Below, in pieces: positions 1 through 12,415 of a DNA stretch of 64,000 nucleotides. A program made the translations under genes and the position numbers. This stretch comes from Octopus vulgaris (taxonomy: Eukaryota), in assembly GCA_951406725.2 (NCBI GenBank), contig OX597822.1, forward strand, positions 88,970,001 to 89,034,000, written 5' to 3'. Under the pieces are notes generated by a model, which was given only the letters and a program-made list of their open reading frames with translations, had not been told where the DNA came from and ran no database searches. Position 1 is the first letter of the stretch. Every line of letters begins with the position of its first letter.

Positions 1-1375
1 TGTCAGGTTGTACCCTCACCCTGACCACGGCTTTCAACCGATTCTGATGAAACTTGACACACACATAGCCCAATGTCATAATTCAAAACTAACGCAGCGA
101 AAATTTTGAAAAGTTCCCCCAGTTCTGAAAAAAATCGATAAATTCCACATGGGGTCGAGAATCTAAGCTTTTTATATGCAATACATTTTCTGTTGTAGTT
201 TTCGCAATTTGCAATCGATTTTCACCAAACTCATGGTGAAGCTTAATGTTACCCTAAGAAACTTAATTCTGACGTTAGTTTTCCATGCAATACCTTACCA
301 TCAGAAAAAATCATGCCATTTTGGGAAATCGCGTTGAAATTCAAGATGACATATTTTCAACAATATCTTTCACAAATTGGCAGGAATTTTTTTTTAAGTT
401 CACAGCGAGCATCATGTCTGCTCCTTTTTATTTCAATAGGATACTTTATTACTGGAAAAAATCGGTTAATTAAATCATATGTGGCACACATAGCAAACCG
501 ATTTGTGTATTAAACACAAACCACAGACTGTCTAGGGGACGCAACTCGACCTTTTTAACTCACTTTGCACCAGTGTTGACATCCCTGCTAGCCTCCGGGA
601 CGCTGTCTTCCACGACCTACAAAACAATTTACGCGACCTAAAATGGCTGACAGGCAGAGCTATTCTCGCACCCAAAAATACAACCATCAACTCCATCAGT
701 ATCCAGCTACTTGAAGCTATTCCTGGTGATGTCCACGTCTACAAATCTATAGATAGGACAGCAGACCCCGCCGAGCTTGCCGATTATCCTGTTGAATTCC
801 TGAATTCACTTGAACCGCCAGGCCTGCCGCCACACATCCTGAAGTTAAAAGTCGGTGCGCCCATTATGCTCATCAGGAATTTGGTTCCACCTAAACAGTG
901 CAACGGCACACGTCTGGTTGTGAAACATTTGGTACCACATTTAATAACGGCCACAATACTTACCGGTTGTGGGAAGGGAGAGGACGTCTTCATTCCACGC
1001 ATGCACCTTCAACCGTCGGGCGCTGACCTACCAATCCACTTCAGGCGTTCTCAGTTTCCTGTCAGACTCTGCTTCGCAATGTCCATCAATAAATCCCAAG
1101 GCCAAACGTTACATTTGGGCGAACAGTGCTTCATCCATTTGCCCACGGTCAACTCTACGGGGGCTGTTCACGTGTTGGGAGGCGCAATGATATTTTCATG
1201 TTTTCGCCCAAAGGGACAGCTAGGAACATCGTATACACAGAAGTATTCGAGTGAAGAGAAGACATTGCAACCTACACATGCGCCTTCATTCCCTAGAGGG
1301 AAAGGACTAGATTGGGATTAGTTGTTGCCTACTAGGGGCTCTTACATACCTGGGCAACGCCGGGCTATGCTGCTA

Positions 1376-1376
<1 letters not shown>
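1..1376 (+). mobile_element. Helitron, internally deleted, with PIF1-like helicase C-terminal fragment and intact 3' terminus
   Basis: ~565-1253 encodes RAILAPKN...[33 protein letters not shown]...CNGTRL...FPVRLCFAMSINKSQGQTL...HGQLY...RNIVYTEVF* (frameshifted). GC hairpin cctgggcaacgccggg at 1349-1364 is followed by CTAG (1373-1376) and T, the canonical Helitron 3' end. Confidence 0.9.
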
Positions 1377-1420
<44 letters not shown>

Positions 1421-1426
1421 GATCTG

Positions 1427-1526
1427 GATGTCCACGTCTACAAATCTATAGATAGGACAGCAGACCCCGCCGAGCTTGCCGATTATCCTGTTGAATTCCT
1501 GAATTCACTTGAACCGCCAGGCCTGC
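1427..1526 (+). repeat. Exact 100-bp direct copy of Helitron segment 728-827, fused to the 5' end of the RTE LINE
   Basis: gatgtccacgtctac...gaaccgccaggcctgc is identical at 728-827 and 1427-1526. Confidence 0.95.
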
Positions 1527-3095
1527 GACAACCACCGAGGTATCTCCCTCTTGTCCATAGCAGGCAAGATCCTGGCCCGGGTCCTGCTTGACCGCCTTCT
1601 GGAACAGTTGGAGCAAGGCCTTCTCCCTGAGAGCCAGTGTGGCTTCCGCGCGGGTCGAGGGACCACTGACATGATATTCGCCGCCCGCCAGCTCCAGGAG
1701 AAATGCATGGAGCAGCACCTTGACCTCTGCATGACCTTTGTTGACCTCACCAAGGCCTTTGATACAGTCAGTCGGGAGGGACTATGGAAGGTCATGGGAA
1801 AATTTGGTTGCCCCAGCAAATTTATTGCAATTGTCCGCCAGTTCCACGACGGAATGACAGCCAGAGTCCTTGAAGACGGCAACTCATCTGAAGCCTTCCA
1901 GGTGACCAACGGAGTCAGGCAGGGCTGTGTCCTGGCCCCAACACTGTTCAGCATCATGTTCTCGGCAATGCTGTCCGACGCCTTTAGGGACTGCAAATCT
2001 GGTATCGACATCAACTACAGGACAGACGGGAAACTTTTCAACTCCAGAAGATTGCAGGCTGTCACAAAGGTGAGGGAGACAGTCGTCAGAGACTTTCTCT
2101 TTGCTGACGACTGCGCCCTTAATGCAATCGATGAGCAGGAGATGCAGCTCGAGATGGACAGGTTCTCATCAGCCTGTGACAACTTCGGTCTCACCATCAG
2201 TGCCAAGAAAACCGAAGTGATGTTTCAGCCAGCCCCCGGCAAACAATACCATGAGCCTCAGATAAGGGTGAACGGACGGATCCTACGAGTGGTGGAAAAC
2301 TTCACCTACCTGGGCAGCACTCTCTCCTGCAATGCCAACATAGATGCTGAAACCATCAACAGAATCTCCAAGGCAAGCAGCGCGTTTGGGAGACTGCGAA
2401 AGAAAGTCTGGGAGCGGAGAGGAATCAGCCTCAACATCAAGCTTAAAAAGTCTACCGGGCAGTCGTGCTTACCACCCTACTATACGACTGCGAGACGTGG
2501 ACTGCTTACCGAAGGCATGAGCGCCAGATAAACCACTTCCATCTCAGGTGTCTTCGGAACCTCCTTCACATCCGCTGGCAGGACAAAGTCCCAGACACGG
2601 AAGTTCTGAAGCAGGCAGATCTCCCTAGCACCATCACAATCATGCGCAAGGCCCAGCTGAGATGGGCGGGCCACGTCTCCCGCATGTCCAACACTCGCAT
2701 CCCAAAACAGCTCTTCTACGGTGAACTCGGCCAGGGCAGGCGCAAAGTCGGAGGGCAGAAGAAGCGCTACAAGGATAGTCTCAAGGTCTCTCTCAAAGAC
2801 TTCTCCATCGGAACAGAGACCTGGGAGACACTTGCTGCCAACCGCTCATCCTGGTGCAGCGCAATCACCATGGGAGCAGGGACAGCCGAGGAGGGACGGA
2901 TTCGATCAGCGGAGCAGAAACGTCAGATGCGTAAAGCCAGAGCCGCCTGCACCAGTAGCACGGCCCCTACCCACTTCTGCCCCACCTGTGGGAGGGGCTT
3001 CCTTACCCGGATTGGCCTCACCAGCCACCTCAGGTCTCATGGTGGCAGTTCCATCAGATGATGTCAGGTGGTCATCTTCGAACCGAAGGACGAAC

Positions 3096-3097
<2 letters not shown>
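1520..3097 (+). mobile_element. 5'-truncated RTE (BovB-like) LINE: RT, C-terminal C2H2 finger and short 3' UTR
   Basis: ORF 1509-2531 ([46 protein letters not shown]) with a single frameshift near 2445 into ORF 2465-3061 (LRWAGHV...GGQKKRYKD...CPTCGRGF...GLTSHLRSH). GC-rich relative to flanks; bounded by (TA)n. Confidence 0.93.
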
Positions 3098-3140
<43 letters not shown>

Positions 3141-3159
3141 ACGTATGTATATGTATATA

Positions 3160-3425
3160 TCATCGTCATTGTTTAGCGTCCGCTTTCCATGCTAGCATGG
3201 GTTCGACGGTTCAACTGGGGGTCTGGGTAGCCAGAAGGCTGCACCAGGCCCAGTCTGATCTGGCAATGTTTCTATGGTTGGATGCCCTTCCTAATGCCAA
3301 CCACTCCGTGAGTGTAGTGGGTGCTTTTACGTGCCAGGCAAAGGCTAGCAAACGGCCACGATTGGATGGTGCTTTTTACATGCCACCTGCACAAGGCCAG
3401 TCGGGGTGGCACTGGCAACAGCCAC
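3160..3425 (-). mobile_element. 3' tail fragment of an RTE-family LINE (or SINE sharing the tail)
   Basis: catcgtcatt...gtccgctttccatgctagcatgggtt...ggatgcccttcctaatgccaacc. The same sequence is contiguous with an RTE RT C-terminus at 15395-16697. Confidence 0.75.
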
Positions 3426-3682
3426 ATGTATATGCATATATACATATTATCATTATTATTATTATTTATCTGTTCATAACAATAGACGTGTTTATATGTT
3501 CCAATGTATGTATATATGTATATGACGTATGGTATATGTACTTGAACCTATTGTTTAATTGTATTTATTTACGTATTTTACACATGTAAATAGTATATAC
3601 ACGTTGATTGTGTATGTATATGTATGTATATATATATATATATATGTATGTATATATATATGTATGTATGTATATATATATA

Positions 3683-3700
3683 TAGTGGTTTTATCTCTAA

Positions 3701-3747
<47 letters not shown>

Positions 3748-5290
3748 GAGATAAAACCACTATTAGGCAAATCAAACAGTGAAAATCATAAACCAATACA
3801 TAGAAATAAAATTAATTAATAAAAAATATATAAAATATAAAATTCAAATTTAAATATTTTAATAAGTCTTATGGTATAATATTGTTTTTTATATAAATAT
3901 TGATGGTTATGTAATGATCTAATTATTGTAATTTTTTCTATATAATTATTAGATATTAACTTTACGTTTATTTGTAAGACTTTACTTAGCCAAAGAGATA
4001 TATAGATCTTTAACAATTATACGAGTTTTTTAAAGTTAGGTTTCATGTATATACATGTATTGATAGCATAAATTTTAGTCATAAATAACTATATTTGTTG
4101 ATAGTTATTTTAAATTTCTTATAATTGTTATTATAACTTATATATTGTTTTTTTTTAAATTGATAATTGATAGTAATATTCTTCCCATTGATAAATGTAT
4201 TTGTAGTATTTATTTGATACTATATAACTACGGATTGATTATTTCATTAAGTATTTTATTATTCTATTTTAACTATACGATTTTTAAAAGTTATTAGTTA
4301 GCCAAAGAGATATATAGTACGTTAATTTGTTATAGCGTTCGTTTAAGATTGTTTGTTTGTTTTTTTACAATTAGCTATTTCATCTTTAATCTATTAATAT
4401 TTTTATAAGTAATAATGAATAATTAATTTATTAGGTCTTTATTATATGTGCATATATATTTATTGATAGAGATAAATTTAGATCTTAATTCTAATATTTA
4501 TATACATTTGTATATTTTCATTGATAATTTATTTATTATTCAAATATTATATAATTATTTGACTTGAAATTATATTTAATAATATGAATAGTCATTTTTT
4601 TTTTTGTAAAATATGTATGTAATTAGATATTGACTATAACTGATATTAGATTATTTGTGGGTTTCTTACCTTAAAAATTAATACTTAAAAATTAATATTT
4701 AACGTTATAATCGATTGTATGACATAATCATAATCATTAAGTTTCTAGTTTGATAATAGAGTTTTTATAAGAAAAATTATTATTTTATTTATTTCTTAAA
4801 AAATATTGTTTAAATATTTCTGATTATTTATTTAAATATTATAATTAACCTGAAGATTGACTATAACCATAATTCGAATTATTAATTGAATTTAAATTAT
4901 TGTTATTCGAATTGGTTTATGGGCATGAAATGATAGTAGTGGTTTTACTCTTTATCTTATATTAAACTTTTAATACTTTTTGATAGTTATATATATTTAA
5001 AAAAAAAATAATATATATATATATATATATATATAAATTTATAAGTATAAATTATTAATTTAAATAATTTTTTAAATTTTAACTTTAAATTTAAATAATT
5101 TAAATTTTGAATTTTATATATTTTTTATTAATTAATTTTATTTCTATCTATTGGTTTATGATTTTCACTGTTTGATTTGCCTAATAGCAGTTTTATCTCT
5201 AATTTAATATATATATTTATACTATAAAATTAGATTTAATCCTAAATCTAATTTTTCCCTGTAAGTTTGGATTTACTCCCTAATATTATT
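3683..5290 (+). mobile_element. Extremely AT-rich decayed Penelope-like element with inverted partial terminal repeat
   Basis: 3741-3856 is the reverse complement of ~5098-5205. Degenerate hammerhead motif at ~4843-4945. Flanked by (TA)n. Confidence 0.5.
4843..4945 (+). ncRNA. Degenerate hammerhead-ribozyme motif with long stem II
   Basis: aattaac CTGAAGA t [tgactataacc..ttcgaat...attcgaa..ggtttatgggca] t GAAA tgata GTA gtggtt; stems partly decayed. Confidence 0.45.
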
Positions 5291-5330
5291 ATTATATGTA
5301 TATATATATATATGTGTATATATATATGTA

Positions 5331-5372
<42 letters not shown>

Positions 5373-5873
5373 GGCAAAGATTATGGCACTATTCACCAAC
5401 TTTACACAAAGTGACTGCCTAGAAGAGTTGCAGGTGATTCCGAAGTAGTCTGGAGGCCGTGGTTAAATCAATGGCGATTTTATCGAATAAATTTACTCTT
5501 TAGTATTTGAAGATATTTTTGTGAAATTTTTGTAAATACATCTGTTAGAATGAGATGTCAATGTTATTTTTATTTTTGTGTAATTTAGGCAACAATATAT
5601 TCACTGCACCCTTTATATAAATATCTTTAACATAATCGAAGTTTGTAGATGACTGAGTCATTGTGAGACTGCCTGTTATGTATTGCCCTAATTAAATATT
5701 TGATATGCTGGTTTAATCCTTAAATCTTAAAAATGTTTTAGCCCAAAGGCCGCGGCCATGCTGGGGCACCACCGTTTCATTAATTTCTATATATTTTTCC
5801 ATTTTTTCTTTTCTTTTCAGAATGCTTGATCTTTGATTTCAGCTACTTATAAAAGTACATCAAACAGCACACC

Positions 5874-5990
5874 ATGGGGACATTGTTCCGCAGCGAAGAA
5901 ATGACATTATGTCAATTATTTTTGCAGTCTGAAGCAGCATATGCTTGTGTATCAGAACTTGGAGAGTTAGGATTAGTGCAATTCAGAGAT
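5874..5990 (+). CDS. ATP6V0A1: V-type proton ATPase V0 subunit a, coding exon 1 (exon begins 5821 after ttttcag; ATG 5874)
   Basis: [39 protein letters not shown] then GTAAGT donor; 117 nt, phase 0; classic N-terminus of V0 subunit a. Confidence 0.97.
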
Positions 5991-6335
5991 GTAAGTATCT
6001 GTATATGTTACAAAAATCAATTATCGTTTATTGATGCTCCATATGCATCCGCACATACATACATACATATATATGTAGAAAAATCTGTAAAACTTTCCAG
6101 AAGTTTATCATTTAAGTATATATCAGCATGTCTAGATAAGCAAGTATATGCATAAGAAGACATACATTAAGCAAAACATACATATATGCATGTATACTTG
6201 CATACCCACCTACCCTGTTGTTGATGTTTGAATTCTAATGAAGGAACCTTGAATCAAAGTTAGAAATCAGCTCTTTATTGGCAAAAAAACTTGGAATAAA
6301 ATTAAATAATAAAATACATACATAGACACACACAT

Positions 6336-6379
<44 letters not shown>

Positions 6380-6386
<7 letters not shown>

Positions 6387-7325
6387 TGTATGTATATATA
6401 TATGTATGCATGTATGTATATATATATGTATGCATGTATGTATATATATATATGTATGCATGTATGTATATATATATGTATGCATGTATGTATATATATA
6501 TGTATGCATGTATGTATATATATATGTATGCATGTATGTATATATATATGTATGCATGTATGTATATATATATATGTATGCATGTATGTATATATATATG
6601 TATGCATGTATGTATATATATAGGTATGCATGTATGTATATATATAGGTATGCATGTATGTATATATATATATATATATGTATGCATGTATGTATATATA
6701 TATATATGTATGCATGTATGTATATATATATGTATGCATGTATGTATATATATATGCATGTATGTATATATATATATATGTATGCATGTATGTATATATA
6801 TATGTATGCATGTATGTATATATATATGTATGCATGTATGTATATATATATGTATGCATGTATGTATATATATATGTATGCATGTATGTATATATATATG
6901 TATGCATGTATGTATATATATATGTATGCATGTATGTATATATATATGTATGCATGTATGTATATATATATGTATGCATGTATGTATATATATATGTATG
7001 CATGTATGTATATATATATGTATGCATGTATGTATATATATATGTATGCATATATGTATATATATATATGTATGCATGTATGTATATATATAGGTATGCA
7101 TGTATGTATATATATATGTATGTATGTATATATATATATATATATGTATGCATGTATGTATATATATATATATGTATGCATGTATGTATATATATATATG
7201 TATGCATGTATGTATATATATATATATGTATGCATGTATGTATATATATATATATATGTATGCATGTATGTATATATATATGTATGCATGTATGTATATA
7301 TATATGTATGCATGTATGTATATAT
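6380..7325. repeat. Minisatellite, ~24-bp unit tgtatgcatgtatgtatatatata, roughly 35-40 copies
   Basis: Direct reading; produces the spurious YI/MH ORFs. Confidence 0.97.
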
Positions 7326-7429
7326 ATATAATATATCTACATATGTACATATATGTCTATAAATGTATGTATATGTTTGTATATATCATTCAACTATGGT
7401 AGTAGTTGAATGATATTCTTATGGCTGCA

Positions 7430-8430
7430 ATTTACTCATACACAGCATCTTTCAGAGGGTGTTGCTAATTCAGTTCTTAACTAAATTGAAAACTGTTAAC
7501 ATTTATGAATTGGACTGGTCTCTAGCTACATTTTGGCATAAAAAAATTGAGATTTGATCTAGTAGAAAAAAGTTTACATCGAAATTTGTAGCAACATTAC
7601 AAGAGAGTAAGTAATGCCACCAATCAAGTTTAGATCTAAATAGCTCTTTTATTTTAAAATCAAAATATATTTATCTTAGCTTCAATGATAGAAGAAAGCA
7701 TGAAGAATTTCATACAAAAATTTGTATTAGAAGAACGGATTTCATACAAAAATTTGTATTAGAGAGAACGGATTTTATCATGAAAAAAATATAAGTAAGG
7801 CAAAAAATTGGATTTAAGTACAATTGACTTTTTTATTTTAAAAACAAACTATATTTTAATTAAACTTAAAATTATAGAGCTTAATTCGAGGGATTTCATG
7901 GTATCAGTCTCAAGCAATGAAGTTTTAAAAGAAAAACGTTATCAGTGTTTGTTTTTCAAATTTGAGGGTGATAATATAATTCTATACTTTTTTTATGAAT
8001 ATAGTTCTATAAAGGGTATTTTAATATATGTCACCGGCATCGCTGAGGTAAGGAAAAAATTATCAATGACACCGCTAATTGACACATTTGACACATTATT
8101 AATTAGCATAGTAGCATAGCCTGGAAAAAACGTGGATTACATAGAAAGATGTGAGCAAGGGAAATGATATTAAGATTATAAACCTGGAAAATTACAGGAG
8201 AAGTTATTACACTTGGAAAAGTCCTAGACAATTTATTACATCTGGTAAAGTATAGAAAAAGAAATGAGGAGTAGATAGACAGCCAACTACTGATGAAGGG
8301 TCCTTTCTCTGTATTTACCTGTCTTATTTTCCATTTTTTCATGTTGTTTATTATTTAACTCATTTTTCCCTCAGTTGTGTTACGTATTTCATGTTATTTG
8401 CACCGTTGGTGACATCCTGTACCCATATAT
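7430..8430 (+). mobile_element. Decayed Penelope-like 3' end (putative)
   Basis: Weak C-terminal remnant (...FNICHRHR). The terminal sequence (caactactgatgaagggt...ggtgacatcctgtac) resembles the end of the GIY-YIG-bearing fragment at 62740-62860. Confidence 0.35.
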
Positions 8431-8439
8431 GCATGTATA

Positions 8440-8822
8440 TCATCATCATCATCATGCGTCCGCTTTCCATGCTAGCATGGGCTGGACGGTTCAACTGGGG
8501 TCTGGGAAGCCAGAAGGCTGCACCAGGCCCAGTCTGATCTGGCAATGTTTCTACGGCTGGATGCCCTTCCTAATGCCAACCACTCCGTGAGTGTAGTGGG
8601 TGCTTTTTCCATGCCACCGGCACAGTTGCCAGATGGGGCTGGCAAACAGCCATGGTCGGATGGTGCTTTTTACGTGCCACCGGCATGAGGGCCAGGCGAG
8701 GCTGGCAACGGACACGATCGGATGGTGCTTTTTACGTGCCACTGGCATGGGGGCCAGGCAAGGCTGGCAATGGCCACGATCGGATGGTGCTTATTATGTG
8801 CCACCGGCACGGGTTACGTGCC
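8440..8822 (-). mobile_element. RTE-family 3' tail with internal ~58-bp tandem repeats
   Basis: (cat)n gcgtccgctttccatgctagcatggg..., then repeated gatggtgctttttacgtgccaccggca. Confidence 0.8.
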
Positions 8823-9240
8823 ATAAAAGCAAAATGCCCCCCCCCCCCCCGTCCAATGGATGGTGCTGAGTTGTCAAACATTAAAATCAAATTTTCTCAA
8901 AACAACTTGTCTGACCGTCCCATAGGCCTCCTCTTTGAGAAACACTGATTTAACCTAAATTTGAGACACCAAACAGGCCGGCTTTTTTTGCACAAACTGC
9001 ACGTGCATCTTTCTCACGTACGCGTAGTATCAATTGCAACAGCTGATGTACTTGCGCATACAAATGCATGTTCCCACGGCTTTATCGATCGCATTCTCAC
9101 CTAGAATCGATATTTGTAATTTTTTCAAGACTTATATACACCCTGATACCGTCGGTATCTACATATCAAATTTGAGTGCAATCGGATGGAGGATGCCTGA
9201 AATCCTAGAAGACACACACACAGATAGAGAGAACGGATTT

Positions 9241-9250
<10 letters not shown>
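8823..9250 (-). mobile_element. Non-autonomous Helitron-like repeat (5' region)
   Basis: Minus strand reads tattatataaaatcc...ctgtgtgtgtgtc...catccgattgcactcaaatttgatatgtag, resembling the 5' region of the Helitron at 30-70 (ccgattctgatgaaacttgacac). Confidence 0.4.
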
Positions 9251-9289
<39 letters not shown>

Positions 9290-9303
9290 CGTATGTATGT
9301 ATG

Positions 9304-9365
<62 letters not shown>

Positions 9366-9399
9366 TATATATATTTGTATATATGTGTCATCATCATCT

Positions 9400-11290
9400 T
9401 TTGCAAAGAAACCAGGCACTCCCACCTCAACATTTGACAAAGAAGCAGTAGAGTCACTTCTCAACTTTATGAATGAGTTTTTCTTGTCCCAACTTATTCT
9501 TCCACCAAGAAGATATCAGAACATTTTAGACCTAGTGTTTAGTAACCACACTACCACTATACATAATATAACAGTGGAAAAACCCCTGCTTTCAGACCGT
9601 GACATGGTTCTCTGTAACCTGAGATTCCACCAGCTGAAAGCTAATCCTAGTAGCTTCTCTACAGCTCACCTAACATGGATCTCTATAATGCCAACTGGGA
9701 TGCAATCATGAATGAGCTATCACATGTTGACTGGTCTTTCACACATGCACACACTTCCTCCAGCATCAAAATATCTTGGCAGATCTTTGTAGATACTGTC
9801 ACAAGCATATGTGCAGAACACACCTCACCAAGACCTGTGAACAAAAGTAAATGCAGAATTCTCCAAAACTGAAAAACTATTATCAGAAAAATAAAAAGCA
9901 CAATAAAGAAAATTAAACTAAAATACTGCCATCAGCCATACATATATTTGATGGCTATTGACCTGCTTGAATCAAAAAATGTAACTTCCAACAATACATG
10001 AAGACCATCATCAACAATCAAAGAACAGCTGAGGAGAAATGGGCCATTGATAAAATCAACCTCAGCTCCGAAAGTGGTCTTCTCTTTTGTGAAAAAACCA
10101 CAAGGTCACTGTCTTCACTGTTGGTCCTCTAATTGATGAAAATGGCACTCTTCAATATAATGCCTAAACCATGAGTGAGATACTGTAGAAGCAATACTGC
10201 TGTTTTCATCAATCCTGATATGGACAATTTGGGCTGTATCATTGATGCTAATCTTCAGCACACTATAATGGACATAACATTTGGTGCCCCTGATGCCTTA
10301 GCAGCAATAAACAAAATTAAACACAATTCAGCAGTAGGTCTTGATAGGTTCCCTGCTTGTGTTCTGAAGGTATGTTCACACCAACTTGCATCTCCTCTTG
10401 TTAATCTGTGGATGCTGGCTATATTCCTGAAAAGTCCCTTGCAGTGAGCTACTGTCCAATCTCACTCACTTCTCATATCATCAGGATATTTGAGTGGATA
10501 GTGAGATCATGAATAACCCACTTTCTTGAAAGCAACAGATCGCTGAACCCCAACCAACATGGGTTCCGTAATGGAAGGAACTTCCAAATGCAGTTCCTGC
10601 ATCACTTTGATGATATTTTGAGAGATTCAGGAGAGGGCTCCAACACTGATGTCATCTACCTTAATTTCATCTGCCAATGTCATCTACCTTGGTGTCTCTG
10701 GAAAGTTACTATAATGGATCAAGTGTTTCCTGACAGACAGAACCTAACACGTTGTAGTTGAAGAAGTAAAATCAAGCCCAACCAAAGTCAGTAGTGTTGT
10801 TCCACAAGGTACTGTGTTGGTCCCACTTCTTTTCATCATCTACATCAATGACATTACTGACATCATCAAGCACAGCAACATGAGAATTTTTGCCAATGAT
10901 TCCAAGATCCAGAAGGTCAATGAAGTGGGTGACCAGACATACCTTCAGTCAGATCTACTTACTATCATCCAGTGAGCAGAAAAGAATAATATACTGCTAA
11001 ATGAGGACAAATTTGAGTTAATCCACTTTGGGAAAGAGGATACTCTGAAATTCCCATACTCCCTTCAGGTGAAACTCTCATGGCATCCAACAACTCATAT
11101 AAACAACAAAGTTGACATGGCCTGCAGAATGTGTTCCTAGATTCTCAGAACTTTCCAGTCAAAAGATATCCGCACCATTATCCTTCACTTCTCCACTTTT
11201 GCCTGACCCCACCTTGAATACTGTGGTCCACTGTGGTCTTCCCATACGAAACAAAGTATCATAAAAGTTGAATTACTTCAAAGGTCAATT
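9400..11290 (+). mobile_element. Degenerate CR1/Jockey-group LINE (endonuclease end plus RT)
   Basis: [10 protein letters not shown]; QHGFRNGR...DVIYLNF; VPQGTVLVPLLFIIYINDI...IFANDSK; many stops and frameshifts. Confidence 0.85.
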
Positions 11291-11319
11291 ACTTATGATG
11301 ATGATGATGATAGATGGCG

Positions 11320-12415
11320 TGACAGTTTGTGGCATATCATAATCAACTTTATCAAAACCTTTTGCAAAGTCAAGATATATTATGTCCACATTTGAGTTGT
11401 TGAGTAACTGCTCAACACCCAGTCATAGTGCTGTAGGAGCTGGGTCAGGCAGCTCCTGCCTGGTCAAAAACCATGCTGGGTATCACTCATCAAGTCGTTT
11501 TCTTCAAGGAATATGACTAGTTTCCCTCTGACTATTGGTTCCATGACTTTGTTGATGTGTTAGAGAGATAGGCCTATAATTTTTGGCATCTGCTCTGCTT
11601 CCTCCTTTATGGATTGGACATGTTATTCCCGCCTTCAGTTTGCTTGGCAGCTTGCCATTTGCAAGAAAACTCTGGAAGAGAATCTGTAGTGGTTTCGCTA
11701 GGGCATGTTTACATGATTTGTGGAGGATTACTGGGAAACCATCAGGACCAGCAGTTGAGTTTGCATCCACCTCATCTATAGCTAGTATTATATCTTCTTC
11801 CCCAATGTTGATGTAATCTATTGTAACTGCCTCACTTGTTAGAGGTGAGGCTGCAAAGTAATCCACTGGTTCATTCACTTGTCTGTGTTCCATTGGGGGT
11901 GGTAAAGACACTTTTGAGCTGGCCATTCAGTCCCTCACTGATCTTAGTTGGGTTATCTGTGAGGGAGCCACCCTTCTGGAAGAGGGTTCCTGTTTTGCAG
12001 CGTACTGGGGCTGTTTCTTTGGCATAATGAAAGAAAACCTTTGGGTTTGACTTAATGTTTTTTTTTAACACAGGCTTCTTCATCTGCTCTTTCCTCCACA
12101 TAGGACTGTTGCAAGTTTTTTCAATCTCCATCAGTGTTGTTTTTAGGCAGGACCTTTCACTACTTTTGGAGTGTTGGTTGAAGCAATTTGCAATCTTTGT
12201 TCTTCTTCTCACGAGGATCTTCTCCTTTGGAATCTTGTTCCTTTTGGTGTTAGCTTTGTGCTCTTGGACATATTTCTGGCATATGGTTTGCATAACAGAC
12301 ATGAAACAATCTAGTTTCATGCCAATGTCTGGTGTGGAGAGACATTTTGGCTGGACTAGTCTGAGGATCTCTTTTTGGATTGATTTCCAGTCTGCTTTGT
12401 GGAAGTTCAGATTGG
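11320..12415 (-). mobile_element. Degenerate CR1/Jockey-group LINE fragment, convergent with the previous one
   Basis: IKSNPKVFFHY; TAGPDGFP...PIHKGGSR..AKNYRPISLT; QHGF.PGRSCLTQLL...IYLDFAK. Confidence 0.85.

Noticed and set aside
866-1321. Host PIF1 helicase gene
   Set aside because: Intronless, frameshifted fragment followed by a Helitron hairpin-CTAG terminus.
3850-5100. Possible mitochondrial insertion (very AT-rich)
   Set aside because: No recognisable mitochondrial gene, tRNA or rRNA; inverted arms and a hammerhead-like motif favour a retroelement. Not fully excluded without a search.
5405-5460. ctagaaga...ccgaagtagtc hammerhead-like look
   Set aside because: Core deviates at several positions and the stems do not pair convincingly.
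6235-7402. Long ORFs of up to 371 aa rich in Y/I/M/H/C (also at 47543-50503 and 58792-59335)
   Set aside because: Translations of TA/TG/CA micro- and minisatellites that lack stop codons; not genes.
8285-8325. CTGATGA hammerhead start
   Set aside because: No properly placed GAAA or closing stems.
8560-8822. Repeat-spacer-like pattern suggesting a CRISPR array
   Set aside because: The spacers are similar to each other, the array is part of a dispersed RTE 3' UTR, and there are no cas genes in this eukaryotic context.
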